DNA of 64,000 nt from Gemmatimonas sp. (GTDB lineage Bacteria; Gemmatimonadota; Gemmatimonadetes; Gemmatimonadales; Gemmatimonadaceae), in contig JANNVQ010000005.1 of assembly GCA_031414535.1 (NCBI GenBank), forward strand, positions 96,001 to 160,000, read 5' to 3'. A model generated the notes under the pieces. It worked only from the letters and a program-made list of their open reading frames with translations. It was not told the origin of the DNA and searched no databases. Shown one piece after another: positions 37,948 to 47,444 of the stretch (positions within the stretch are counted from its first letter, which is position 1; every line of letters begins with the position of its first letter). The translations under genes and the position numbers were made by a program.

Positions 37948-38364
37948 TTAGGGCAGCATCCGCGCGAGTTCACTCGGCGCCGGCAGATGGCAGGACGGCG
38001 CGCCTCGCATGATCTGCTTCCGAATGCGCGCCACAAACTTGTACACGGGGTCCCGCAGGAATCGCGGGACAATGCGCCCGAGGCCGCCGAGCACGGCGTA
38101 AGCTCCCCCGAGATACGTGGCCGTCGCCAGCACGGCATCTGAGTAGATGCTCACGACTTCGCGCCCGTCAACGGTCTCCACCCAGAGCAGGGATTCTACA
38201 GTCTCTAAATACGGATGGCGCTGGCGCACGGCCTTCCCGGCCTCGCCATCGCGCGCGGCAAAGCGCACCGTGCCTCGGCTGGTGTCGTGCGTGAGGACGA
38301 ACTGCACGGAGCGCGTGCAGAACCCACAGTCACCGTCGTAGACGAGGATTGGCGCGTTGCTCAT
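37948..38364 (-). CDS. DCC1-like thiol-disulfide oxidoreductase family protein
   Basis: YDGDCGFC and RDPVYKFVAR. Confidence 0.88.
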   Translation of the reverse strand: MSNAPILVYDGDCGFCTRSVQFVLTHDTSRGTVRFAARDGEAGKAVRQRHPYLETVESLLWVETVDGREVVSIYSDAVLATATYLGGAYAVLGGLGRIVPRFLRDPVYKFVARIRKQIMRGAPSCHLPAPSELARMLP

Positions 38365-39077
38365 CGAAGCGCCGCGGGCTCGGAAAATCGCCCAGTGCGC
38401 AGGAACTCTACGGTGAGCTGCTGCACTTCGCGTTCGCGCATGATGAAGGTGTGGTTCGCCTTCACCACCACATGCGCCGTTTCACCAGCGAGGTGCGTTT
38501 CCTCGAGGCGCACCGTGCTGTCGTCGCGGCCAGCGATCACACCAATCTCTAGTCCGCTCAGCGGCGCGAGGAGCCGCACCGTCGCCACGCTGTCCGTGCG
38601 TAGTTCATCAATGGGCTCGAGCAGCCAGCCCACCAGCGGCGCAAAGCGATCAGCCATGCGAGACCCCTGATTGGGTGGCGCCAGCATCACGAGACGAGTC
38701 ACACCGCTAGGCGGTTCGGGCTGCGAGACAATCCAACGCACAATAATGTTGCCCAAGCTGTGTCCCACAAAGTGCACGCGCAGGTGCTCGGGCTTCCGCT
38801 TGGCATCGAGCTCGCGGCGCACGGCCTCGCCCAACTCCGGGATGGTGCAGCAGTACGAGGAGTAGCCGATGTTGAGCACGTCAAAGCCCGCCGCCACCAG
38901 TGCCTCTTCCATTGGGCGCATGGAGCGCGCCGTGCGTCCCATCCCGTGCAGGACTACCACCAGCTCACGCGCTGGTGCCGGAGCGAGACTCGCGGGCGCG
39001 TCCGTGTTCTCCTGCGCCCGCGCCATCGGAGCGAGCAGGAGCAGGGCAAGGCTAATCGCGGTCAGGCGGCGTAGCAT
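38361..39077 (-). CDS. Secreted alpha/beta hydrolase (lipase/esterase-like)
   Basis: Signal peptide; VVLHG, GHSLG and MLAPPNQGS. Confidence 0.85.
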   Translation of the reverse strand: MLRRLTAISLALLLLAPMARAQENTDAPASLAPAPARELVVVLHGMGRTARSMRPMEEALVAAGFDVLNIGYSSYCCTIPELGEAVRRELDAKRKPEHLRVHFVGHSLGNIIVRWIVSQPEPPSGVTRLVMLAPPNQGSRMADRFAPLVGWLLEPIDELRTDSVATVRLLAPLSGLEIGVIAGRDDSTVRLEETHLAGETAHVVVKANHTFIMREREVQQLTVEFLRTGRFSEPAALR

Positions 39078-39129
39078 TCTCGCAAAGTGTCCGAGTTGGG
39101 TCTATTGTTCCAGTGCCTTCTATATACAC

Positions 39130-39957
39130 ATGAGCCTAAGCCCAGATTCCCTCCTCGCCGCTGACGGCACGCGGCTGCAGCTCTACACCTGGCCCGGTGA
39201 GGCGCGGCGCGGCACGGTGCTCATCGTCCACGGGCTGGGTGAGCACGCGGGACGATACGCCCACGTGGCCGCTTGGCTCGCTGAGCGGGGCTTTGCCACG
39301 CTGGCCTACGATCATCGCGGGCATGGGCGTTCTGGTGGGCCCAAAGGAGTGATTTCTGCGCCCACCGCTCTCGCCGATGACCTCACGACTGTGGTCAATA
39401 CGCTGCGTCCCAAGGAGGGCCGCTTCATACTGCTCGGGCACTCCATGGGCGGCGCCATCACGGCCGAGTTCGTGGCGAGGCGTATTCACTCGGCTGACGC
39501 GGTGATTCTCTCGAGCCCGGCGCTTAAGGCTCGACTCAGCTTTTTTCAGCGCGTGCAGTTGGCCATCGGTCTCGCGATGACACCGGGACTGGCGCTCAGC
39601 AACGGACTCGATGCCACAGGCATCGCGCACGACCCGGCAACGGTGAAGGCCTACTTGGATGATCCGCTGGTGCACGACCGCGTCTCGGCGCGTCTCGCGA
39701 AGGCGATTCTGGATGCTGGAGACGTGGCGCTCGCCGCTGCGCCAAAATGGAGCACGCCGACGCTGCTTGTGTACGGTGGGAGCGATCGTCTTGTGGACCC
39801 TGCGGGGTCAGATGCCTTTGCGGCCAGCGCCCCTCGCGAGATTGTGGAGTCCAAGCGCTTTGCGGCGCTGTATCACGAGATTCTCAACGAAGGCGAGCTG
39901 GCCGCCCCTGTGTTTGCGCGCATCGAGCAGTTCCTCGATGCGCGCTGCCCTGCTTAG
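39130..39957 (+). CDS. Alpha/beta hydrolase, lysophospholipase/monoacylglycerol lipase-like
   Basis: VHGLGEH, DHRGHGRS, GHSMGG and YHEILNE. Confidence 0.88.
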   Translation: MSLSPDSLLAADGTRLQLYTWPGEARRGTVLIVHGLGEHAGRYAHVAAWLAERGFATLAYDHRGHGRSGGPKGVISAPTALADDLTTVVNTLRPKEGRFILLGHSMGGAITAEFVARRIHSADAVILSSPALKARLSFFQRVQLAIGLAMTPGLALSNGLDATGIAHDPATVKAYLDDPLVHDRVSARLAKAILDAGDVALAAAPKWSTPTLLVYGGSDRLVDPAGSDAFAASAPREIVESKRFAALYHEILNEGELAAPVFARIEQFLDARCPA

Positions 39958-39984
39958 CGCCTCGCCGTCGCGTTAGGGCGCGCC

Positions 39985-41841
39985 TTAAGGCGCGATGCTG
40001 ACCGCGCGATCGGCGATGCCGCCGCGCGTGCTCGTCACGCGCGCGTTGGCATTCACCGCCTGACCCTGCGGCGCACGCACGCGTACGGTGATCACCTTGG
40101 TCTCGTAGCCGCCGAGCCAGAACTCCTGCACGCGCGGTCCAACGGTCCGAAGCCCGCCGCCTTCGATGCTGAGCGCATCAGCACGTACGATGTGCACGCG
40201 CTTGGCCTGCTCAAGGGCCGTGGGAATGCGGCCCGTGTTGCGCACGGTCACGCGGACTTCGTGCGTTGCGGAGTCGGACGGCGTGCCGCGTACGCGAGAG
40301 GTCTGCACGTTGGTGATCTCGACCTTCGGGAGGTCCATCGCCATCGCGAGGTTGAAGCGGCCCTGATTGCTGGCCCACTTCAGGACGGTCTCGGGCGGAC
40401 CGTTCTGCGACCAGAACTTTGGGTTGGCACCGCCAACTTCGACTTCGCCGAGTTCAGGGTGCATCACCTTCGTCCACATCTGGTAGCCGCGGCCACCGAA
40501 GGTCTCGTCGTTGTAGCGCAGCACTTCATACTGATCGATACGGCCATCGCTGTTGTAGTCGCGCTCGCGGCCGCCATTCCAGATCTCGTCGCCGTACCAG
40601 ACCTGGCCCATCTGGAAGTAGCCGAAGTCGGGGCCGTGTCCGAAGAGCGGCTCCGGACGCTCCTGCCCCTTCGGCTGGCCGCGCGTGCCGTAGGTCCAAT
40701 ACACATCGCCAGCGAGTCCGTAGCCGGTGAGTGAGTTGCCCACCGAATCGTAGTGCTGCAGCAGCTTCAAGTCGCTGGGGAATACGCACTCGCGCTCGAG
40801 GCAAGTGCTGGGCCCGCGCAGGTGCATCGGCACCGACGTATCCATCGAATTGGTAACGCTGATGTTGGGGTGCGTCACCTGCCAAAGGAACACCGCGCGC
40901 GTCTCAGGCTCCGAGAGCGGATACTCGCCCGCTCCGAACTGCGTCTGGCCGCGGCCCGTGGACTCGGCCATCGGTCGCCAGTTGTACGGGTAGTTACGAT
41001 GCAGATCGAGTCCGCCCACGCCGTCTTCGTTGTAGCGGCCGTCCTTGTCGGAATCAATGCCCTCCGGGAACATGAGGTAGGTGCCGTTGCCAGCGCCCAC
41101 CGCGCGCATCAAGCGGCCCTTCGAATCCAGCGTGTCCACGACGTGTGTGCCTTTGCCCGCGCCGACGAACTGCCGCATTTGGCGCACGTAGCCGTCGCCG
41201 TCGAGATCCTCGCCGGAGTCCTCGTCAAACAGCCCATCGCCGTCGTTGTCCACTGGACGTACCGATGAGCGATTCGCCTGCGCCGTGAGCTTGTACAGGT
41301 CGGCGCCGTCGGGATTGTTGTTCAGGCGCAGGTACAGAACCTTTTCATCCAGCAGGCGCGTGATGTTCGCATCCTTGCCGTAGTTCTCAAGCACGTGCCA
41401 AGCGAGCCAGAGCACGCTCTCGCTCGCACTAATCTCGCCGGAGTGACGTCCGCCTTCAAAGAACGCCGCCGGCTTGTCGGTGTGCTTTCCCGTGGACTTG
41501 TTGGTGACAATCATCTGCCAGATGGGCTGGCCACCGAAGGACGTGCCTACCTGCACCAAGTCCACGAGCTCCGGACGCTCCGCCGCCCAGCGCTGCATCC
41601 AGTAATTGAGCTCGGCCGTGGTGTGGTAGTGCTCAAAGTCCATCACGCCCCACTGCTTGGGCTGCATCTCGGGATAGTTCACGAGGCGGAACGTGGACTG
41701 GCCGTCACGTTGCCCCGGAATGGTGAGCACGCGGCGCACGGTGTCGCGCGGGGCTTGCTGGCCGCCTCCGCCCGCTCCGCCGCCCATTTGGGCTGCGAGC
41801 GGCGCGGCAGTGAGCATCAGGGCGAGAAGTGAAGCACGCAT
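39985..41841 (-). CDS. Secreted M14-family zinc carboxypeptidase
   Basis: Signal peptide; GGRHSGE, NNPDG, DLHRNY and SEPET; DxDxDG Ca-binding loops. Confidence 0.85.
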   Translation of the reverse strand: MRASLLALMLTAAPLAAQMGGGAGGGGQQAPRDTVRRVLTIPGQRDGQSTFRLVNYPEMQPKQWGVMDFEHYHTTAELNYWMQRWAAERPELVDLVQVGTSFGGQPIWQMIVTNKSTGKHTDKPAAFFEGGRHSGEISASESVLWLAWHVLENYGKDANITRLLDEKVLYLRLNNNPDGADLYKLTAQANRSSVRPVDNDGDGLFDEDSGEDLDGDGYVRQMRQFVGAGKGTHVVDTLDSKGRLMRAVGAGNGTYLMFPEGIDSDKDGRYNEDGVGGLDLHRNYPYNWRPMAESTGRGQTQFGAGEYPLSEPETRAVFLWQVTHPNISVTNSMDTSVPMHLRGPSTCLERECVFPSDLKLLQHYDSVGNSLTGYGLAGDVYWTYGTRGQPKGQERPEPLFGHGPDFGYFQMGQVWYGDEIWNGGRERDYNSDGRIDQYEVLRYNDETFGGRGYQMWTKVMHPELGEVEVGGANPKFWSQNGPPETVLKWASNQGRFNLAMAMDLPKVEITNVQTSRVRGTPSDSATHEVRVTVRNTGRIPTALEQAKRVHIVRADALSIEGGGLRTVGPRVQEFWLGGYETKVITVRVRAPQGQAVNANARVTSTRGGIADRAVSIAP

Positions 41842-41973
41842 CGGGGGGACCCGGGGAGAGGGAATGAGGAGTGTTGAGCTACGCGCGAAGAATGTGATTC
41901 GTTTGCCTCCCGCACGCCAACAGGACATCTTCTTGCTCGTCCCGCATCTCTCACGTTTCTGCTGGAGTTCGCC

Positions 41974-43206
41974 GTGGCCGACGGTCGCAGGTCCTCAAAA
42001 AAGAAGTCGCTCACCTCAGAGCAGCTCACGCGCTCCATCGGCAATCTCGGACCGGCCGAGGCGGCCGACGCGCTCGAGGAGCTGGATCCGAAACTCGCGG
42101 CCGAGGTGTTGCAGAACATCAATCCCTCGTTGGTCGGCGACATCCTGCCCGAGATGGAGGATGACAAGCGCGACTCTATGTTGGCGGCTGCGCCGGAAGG
42201 CGTCACGAAGCAGTGGTCGCTCAACCTCTCGTTTCCGGATCACAGCGTGGGCCGCTTGATGGAAGTGCCGCCGCTCGTGTTCCGCCCCGAGGAAACCGTC
42301 GGCGCGGCTTCCGACCGGGTGCGAAGCGTTCCACGCTCGACCTTTTTCACCTACGCATTCGTACTCGACGCGGAGCGCCGCCTTGTTGGCGTTTGCACCA
42401 TGCGCGACCTGCTTGCCGCCGACGACACCTCCTCACTCGGCGAGATCATGCTGCGCAATGTGTACGCGCTGCAGCCTGCGATGCCGTTGGACGAAGCGAT
42501 GAATGCGGTTGTACACAAACACTATCCCGTGTACCCGGTCTGCGATGACGTGGGACGTTTCTTGGGACAGGTGCGCGGCGCCGCGATGTTTCAGGAACAG
42601 GCGGTGGAGATTTCGGCGCAGCCCGGACAGATGGTGGGCGTCAATGAAGAGGAGCGCCTGCTCACGCCTTGGCCGCGCTCACTGAAGTTTCGGCATCCGT
42701 GGTTGCAGTTGAATCTGCTTACCGCTTTCCTTGCGGCCGGTGTTGTGGGCTTCTTCCAGCAGACGCTGGACCAGATGGTGATTCTCGCGCTGTTCTTGCC
42801 GGTGCTCGCGGGGCAGAGCGGCAACACTGGGTGCCAAGCGCTGGCCGTCACGCTGCGTGGCATGACGCTGGGCGAACTCGACGAGGGCGCGGGCAAGACG
42901 TTGGTGGCCAAGGAAGCCCTGCTCGGCATTCTCAACGGCTTCCTCGTTGGCCTCGTGGCCGGCGCGGGCATGTACTTCGTCGCGAGGGCGCAGGGAAATC
43001 CCGACGCGCTGCCGCTCGCTGGCATTGTTGTCGTTGCGATGATGGGTTCCTGCGTGATCAGCGGCATCAGCGGCGCGCTCATTCCACTCACGCTGCAGAA
43101 GGTGGGCGCAGATCCGGCCACCGCGTCGAGCATCTTCCTCACCACGGCGACTGACGTGGCGAGCATGGGCATGTTGCTCGGATTGGCGACGTTGTTGTTG
43201 ATGTAA
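41974..43206 (+). CDS. mgtE: Magnesium transporter MgtE
   Basis: N-domain, CBS pair, RHPWL, GQSGNTGCQ and DPATASSIFLTTATD. Confidence 0.9.
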   Translation: MADGRRSSKKKSLTSEQLTRSIGNLGPAEAADALEELDPKLAAEVLQNINPSLVGDILPEMEDDKRDSMLAAAPEGVTKQWSLNLSFPDHSVGRLMEVPPLVFRPEETVGAASDRVRSVPRSTFFTYAFVLDAERRLVGVCTMRDLLAADDTSSLGEIMLRNVYALQPAMPLDEAMNAVVHKHYPVYPVCDDVGRFLGQVRGAAMFQEQAVEISAQPGQMVGVNEEERLLTPWPRSLKFRHPWLQLNLLTAFLAAGVVGFFQQTLDQMVILALFLPVLAGQSGNTGCQALAVTLRGMTLGELDEGAGKTLVAKEALLGILNGFLVGLVAGAGMYFVARAQGNPDALPLAGIVVVAMMGSCVISGISGALIPLTLQKVGADPATASSIFLTTATDVASMGMLLGLATLLLM

Positions 43207-43225
43207 CGCGACTGAGCCGCGGCGC

Positions 43226-44392
43226 TTATGGCGTCGCGGGCAGCACTCGCAGAACCTGGCCCGAGGGTGAATCGACCAGCACATACACGTAGCCGTCCGG
43301 CCCCTGCACCACGTCGCGGAAGCGTGCACCGAGTTCCCCGAGATAGCGCTCCTCACTCACCACGCGCCCCTCGCGCATCGTGAGCCGTACCAGTCCGCCA
43401 GGATTCAGTGAACCGATGAGCAGGTCGCCGCGCCATCCCGCGTAGCGGTCACCAGTGTAGAAGGTCATCCCGCTCGGCGCGATGACCGGATCCCAGAAGT
43501 ACACCGGCTGCTCCATCCCCGCGCGCGCCGTGCCTTCGCCAATGGGAAGCCCCGTGTAATCGCGCCCGTAGGTGATTACCGGCCAACCGTAGTTCTTGCC
43601 CGGCTCAGGATGGTTGAGTTCGTCGCCACCACGCGCGCCGTGCTCGATGGTCCAGAGTTGTCCAGTCTCTGGATGCAGCGTAGCGCCCTGTACGTTGCGA
43701 TGGCCATAGCTCCAGATCTCCGGCTGAGCCGACGCGTTGCCGACGAAGGGATTACTGCCGGGAACAGTCCCGTCGGGTTGAATGCGAATGAGCTTCCCCA
43801 TCCCCAACGAGAGATCCTGCGCCCGCTCGCGATTGCTGAAACGATCACCCTGCGTGATGAACAAGGCGCCATCCCGTGCGAACACCAAGCGCGATCCAAA
43901 GTGATTGTCGCCAGTCACCTTTGGGCGTTGGCGGTAAATCACCTGGACATTCTCGAGCCCATTGCCATTCAACTTTGCTCTCGCGGCCGAAGTGCCGGCT
44001 CCCCCTTCACCTCGCTCGGCGTAGCTGAGATAAATCAGCTGGTTGCCCGCAAAGTCGGGATCCAGTGCCACATCGAGCAACCCGCCTTGTCCGTCGGCAA
44101 AGACTGCCGGAACGCCGGTGACCGGTGCTGAGAGAGTGCCATCACCCTCGACGATGCGCAGGCGGCCCGGCCGCTCCGTGACGAGCATGCGACCATCAGG
44201 CATGAAGGCCAGACCCCAAGGATGCTCAAGGCCGACGGCCACGGTGTCCACACGCAAGACATTCGGCGTGGACTGCGGTGTGGGCGATTTGATGGCCAAG
44301 GCGTCCGAATCGAGATTTCGGCTGCAGGCTGCTACGAAGACGGTCAGCGTGAGCAGCGCCACACGCTTCAGGATAATGGATTGCTCTGGCAT
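43226..44392 (-). CDS. PQQ-dependent sugar dehydrogenase (YliI/Asd-like)
   Basis: LEHPWG, GQGGLLD, HFGSR, YGHRNVQG, EHGARGGDELN and NYGWP. Confidence 0.9.
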   Translation of the reverse strand: MPEQSIILKRVALLTLTVFVAACSRNLDSDALAIKSPTPQSTPNVLRVDTVAVGLEHPWGLAFMPDGRMLVTERPGRLRIVEGDGTLSAPVTGVPAVFADGQGGLLDVALDPDFAGNQLIYLSYAERGEGGAGTSAARAKLNGNGLENVQVIYRQRPKVTGDNHFGSRLVFARDGALFITQGDRFSNRERAQDLSLGMGKLIRIQPDGTVPGSNPFVGNASAQPEIWSYGHRNVQGATLHPETGQLWTIEHGARGGDELNHPEPGKNYGWPVITYGRDYTGLPIGEGTARAGMEQPVYFWDPVIAPSGMTFYTGDRYAGWRGDLLIGSLNPGGLVRLTMREGRVVSEERYLGELGARFRDVVQGPDGYVYVLVDSPSGQVLRVLPATP

Positions 44393-44476
44393 GCCTTTAC
44401 CCTACTTTGCGGGACGCTTACGCGCCACCAATGAATTTTGCAGATTCGCGGACGCCACTTTCTCTCTGAGTTCTGA

Positions 44477-46363
44477 ATGCTTCTTGCCTTGACGCTCTCG
44501 CTGGCCCTCGCCGCCGACACCATTATCTACCCCGTGCTCAACCACGGGCGTCCGGCTGGCGAGATGCGGGTGCTGCGAGACGCGGATTCGGTGCTCGTGA
44601 CTTACGCGCACGTGGATCGCCAACGCGGGCGGTGGTTGCAGACGCGCTACACCACGAACGCGGCGGGGGCTGTGATTGGCGCCGAGTCGCGCCCGATGAC
44701 GCGGGAATACGTGGTGAGCGCGGCCACGGACCGTTACCGCGTGGACGGGGACAGCATCGTGTTCACGCGAGCATTTGGGCCCGAAGGCCGCGCTGCGCGT
44801 GGTACTGGATTTTTCGCGTTAGCGAACGGGACGCCCTACGACATCGCGCTTCAGGCCAAGCACTTGCTGGCGCAGCCCAATATGCGAGCCGCTGCGCTGC
44901 CACTCTCGGCGCTCGCGCGCTTGGAGATTGCCGCTGACACGGTCCTACCGACTACTCGAGGTGGTGTCCGACTCCGTCTGGCGGTCGTCCATGGTGTGGG
45001 GTACACGCCGCGCGCCGTGTGGATAGATGCCAACGGCGACTTTGCGGCGAGCGCGGTGGAGTGGTTCATCGCGGTGCGTCCAGATCTCATTCCCGCCATG
45101 CCGGCGATGCGGGCCATCGAGATTGCCTACCGCGATCGCGCGGCGGCAGTGCTTGCCAGGCGGGTGAAGCCAGCCCACGAAGGTCTCGTCGTAATTCGCA
45201 ATGCCGACGTCTTCGACAGCGAACGCGGCGTGGTGCTGCCCCAGCACAGCATCGTGATGGAAAACGGACGCATCACCGCACTGGTGCCGACGCGCGGATT
45301 CCGCGAACCGCGTGGCGCGTCCGTGATTGATGCTACAGGCAAGACCGTCATCCCCGGTATGTGGGATATGCACTCGCATGTGTTTCTGACGACGCAGACG
45401 GATGCCGCCTACAGGAATTTGTCTTTAGGCGTCACGGGCATCCGCGACATGGCCGCCGATACAGACATTGCGACCTCGCTCATGCGGCGCGCCAACGCAG
45501 GTGCAATCCTCGCGCCCCACACAGTGCTCGCCGGGTTCATTGAAGGCCCACAACTCTGGGCTGGCCCATCCGATGTACTGGTTAGCACCGAAAATGAAGC
45601 GCGGAGCTGGGTGGCCCGCTACGACTCACTGGGCTACAAGCAGGTGAAGCTCTACAACCTCGTGCACCCAGATCTCGTACCCACGATTGTGGCCGAGGCG
45701 CGTCGTCGCGGCATGCGGGTGAGCGGTCACATCCCGCGCGGATTGTCGGTGGGCGCGGCCATTCGCCTTGGCTTCGATGAGATCAACCACGGCGCCTTTC
45801 TCTTCTCCACGCACTTCCAGGACTCGCTCTACGTCCCGACCATGCGCGCCTACTCCAGCGTAGCTGCCATCGTCGCACCGAACTTTGACGTGGACGGCGC
45901 CGCGATGACGGCGCTGATCGCCGACCTTAAGGCGCACAACACCGTGGTGGACGGGACCTTCAACCTATGGTTGCGCGATTCCACCGGCGCCGACTCGCTT
46001 GAGGCAAAGCGTGCGAACCGCGCCTACCTGCGCTTGATCAAGCGACTCTACGATGCCGGCATCACGCTCGTGGCGGGCACCGACGGCTCAAGCTTCAATC
46101 GCGAACTCGAGCACTACCAGATGGCCGGCATCCCCGCGCCGCAGGTGCTGCAGATTGCGACGCATACCTCCGCTCGCGTGATGGGCTTGCAGGCCACACA
46201 CGGAAAGATTGCGCCAGGTTACGCGGCCGAGCTCGTCATCATCAATGGAAAGCCGTACGAGAACATCGCTGATTTGCGTCGCGTAGAGTTCGTCGTGCGC
46301 GGCGGCAAAGCCTTCACACCGGCCGTCCTGCTGCAGGCAGTGAACAGCTCCGCCTTCCCCTGA
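44477..46363 (+). CDS. Secreted amidohydrolase-family protein
   Basis: Signal peptide; IPGMWDMHSH, VSGH and AGTDG. Confidence 0.85.
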   Translation: MLLALTLSLALAADTIIYPVLNHGRPAGEMRVLRDADSVLVTYAHVDRQRGRWLQTRYTTNAAGAVIGAESRPMTREYVVSAATDRYRVDGDSIVFTRAFGPEGRAARGTGFFALANGTPYDIALQAKHLLAQPNMRAAALPLSALARLEIAADTVLPTTRGGVRLRLAVVHGVGYTPRAVWIDANGDFAASAVEWFIAVRPDLIPAMPAMRAIEIAYRDRAAAVLARRVKPAHEGLVVIRNADVFDSERGVVLPQHSIVMENGRITALVPTRGFREPRGASVIDATGKTVIPGMWDMHSHVFLTTQTDAAYRNLSLGVTGIRDMAADTDIATSLMRRANAGAILAPHTVLAGFIEGPQLWAGPSDVLVSTENEARSWVARYDSLGYKQVKLYNLVHPDLVPTIVAEARRRGMRVSGHIPRGLSVGAAIRLGFDEINHGAFLFSTHFQDSLYVPTMRAYSSVAAIVAPNFDVDGAAMTALIADLKAHNTVVDGTFNLWLRDSTGADSLEAKRANRAYLRLIKRLYDAGITLVAGTDGSSFNRELEHYQMAGIPAPQVLQIATHTSARVMGLQATHGKIAPGYAAELVIINGKPYENIADLRRVEFVVRGGKAFTPAVLLQAVNSSAFP

Positions 46364-46366
46364 GGC

Positions 46367-46753
46367 TTAGGCCTTCACGGCCGCGATGACGTCAATCTCA
46401 ATCAGGAACCCGTGATTGAGTGAGGTCACGGGTACGACGGCGCGAGCCGGCATCTCGTTGCCCACCACGCGGGCATACACGGCATTCACGGCCGGCCACA
46501 GCGCGATGTCCGTGACGTAGACGTTAGCCTTGAGCATATGCGCAAAGTCGCTGCCCGCGGCGTGCAGAATGGCCTCGACGTTTCGCAGCGTACGCTCGGT
46601 CTGCTCCTCGATGCTGCCAAGGAGCTTCTCGCCACTCACCGGATCAATCGCGAGCTGGCCCGCCACATAGACGGTACCGTTGTGCACGGTGGCCTGCGCG
46701 TAGTGCCCCGCCGGTGTCGGCGCGTTCTTCGTGGAGATGCGGGTGATGGACAT
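46367..46753 (-). CDS. RidA family protein
   Basis: PAGHYAQA, VAGQ, PARAVV and IEIDVIA. Confidence 0.9.
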   Translation of the reverse strand: MSITRISTKNAPTPAGHYAQATVHNGTVYVAGQLAIDPVSGEKLLGSIEEQTERTLRNVEAILHAAGSDFAHMLKANVYVTDIALWPAVNAVYARVVGNEMPARAVVPVTSLNHGFLIEIDVIAAVKA

Positions 46754-46765
46754 CGTTTGTATGTG

Positions 46766-47311
46766 TTAGTCCAGGTAGGGATCGGCATCGTCACGGTCGT
46801 GCGGATGCAGTTCCTTCCACATCCGACGACGGCCCTTGGGCTTGGACGGCTTCGCCGTCACGGGGCCGCGCGGCAGCGCCGGACGGTCGCTCTCGGGTAA
46901 AAGATCCTTCACCATCTCTACCAACTGATGGCTCAGGTGCTGCCCGTACTTGTAGAGCGCAACCACGCGGGCGCGATTGCCCAGCAGGAACACGAGAATC
47001 GGCTTGTCTGCCTTGGCCGTGTTACAGGTCTTGCAGCAGAGCACGAGGTTATCGCGGCGGTCGTACGCGGTCTGACCGCGGCGCGGCGTAACGTGATCGA
47101 GCGTGATGGTGCGCTCGGGCACGATGCGCTCGCAGTAGGCGCAGATGGGCCCGAACTGCCCGAGCAACCAGTGACGCGTGTCTGTATATGCGGCGCGCCC
47201 CGTGGCCATGGACGTCAGCACCGGCTGCCGGCTCGCGGCACCTGCACTACCTCCGCCACCCCGACGTCGCCGCCGCTTGGGTGCCGCACTCTTCTTTGCC
47301 CGCCCGGTCAT
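46766..47311 (-). CDS. HNH endonuclease domain protein with basic tails
   Basis: CAYC...TLDHVTP...DNLVLCCKTCNTAK; start codon uncertain. Confidence 0.8.
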   Translation of the reverse strand: MTGRAKKSAAPKRRRRRGGGGSAGAASRQPVLTSMATGRAAYTDTRHWLLGQFGPICAYCERIVPERTITLDHVTPRRGQTAYDRRDNLVLCCKTCNTAKADKPILVFLLGNRARVVALYKYGQHLSHQLVEMVKDLLPESDRPALPRGPVTAKPSKPKGRRRMWKELHPHDRDDADPYLD

Positions 47312-47379
47312 CGAGCGTACCCCCCGTTCTCGGTCACTAGCATCGAAGGAACATAACGGCATAGCCCCCCGGACGCCCC

Positions 47380-47414
47380 GATTGCTTGACATTTAAAGCA
47401 ATCCTCCGCACACT
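47380..47414 (+). promoter_or_regulatory. Promoter with an overlapping 8-bp inverted repeat (candidate MarR operator)
   Basis: GATTGCTT-N8-AAGCAATC (47380-47403) lies over TTGACA(47386-47391)-N17-CACACT. Confidence 0.6.
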
Positions 47415-47444
47415 CCCCCAGCCTTCCCTTCTGGAGTCCCAGCC

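Noticed and set aside
46766..47311. HNH protein as the missing nuclease of the MTase/helicase pair, or as IscB/Cas9-like
   Set aside because: About 30 kb away with no linkage evidence; no RuvC motifs or adjacent structured RNA seen
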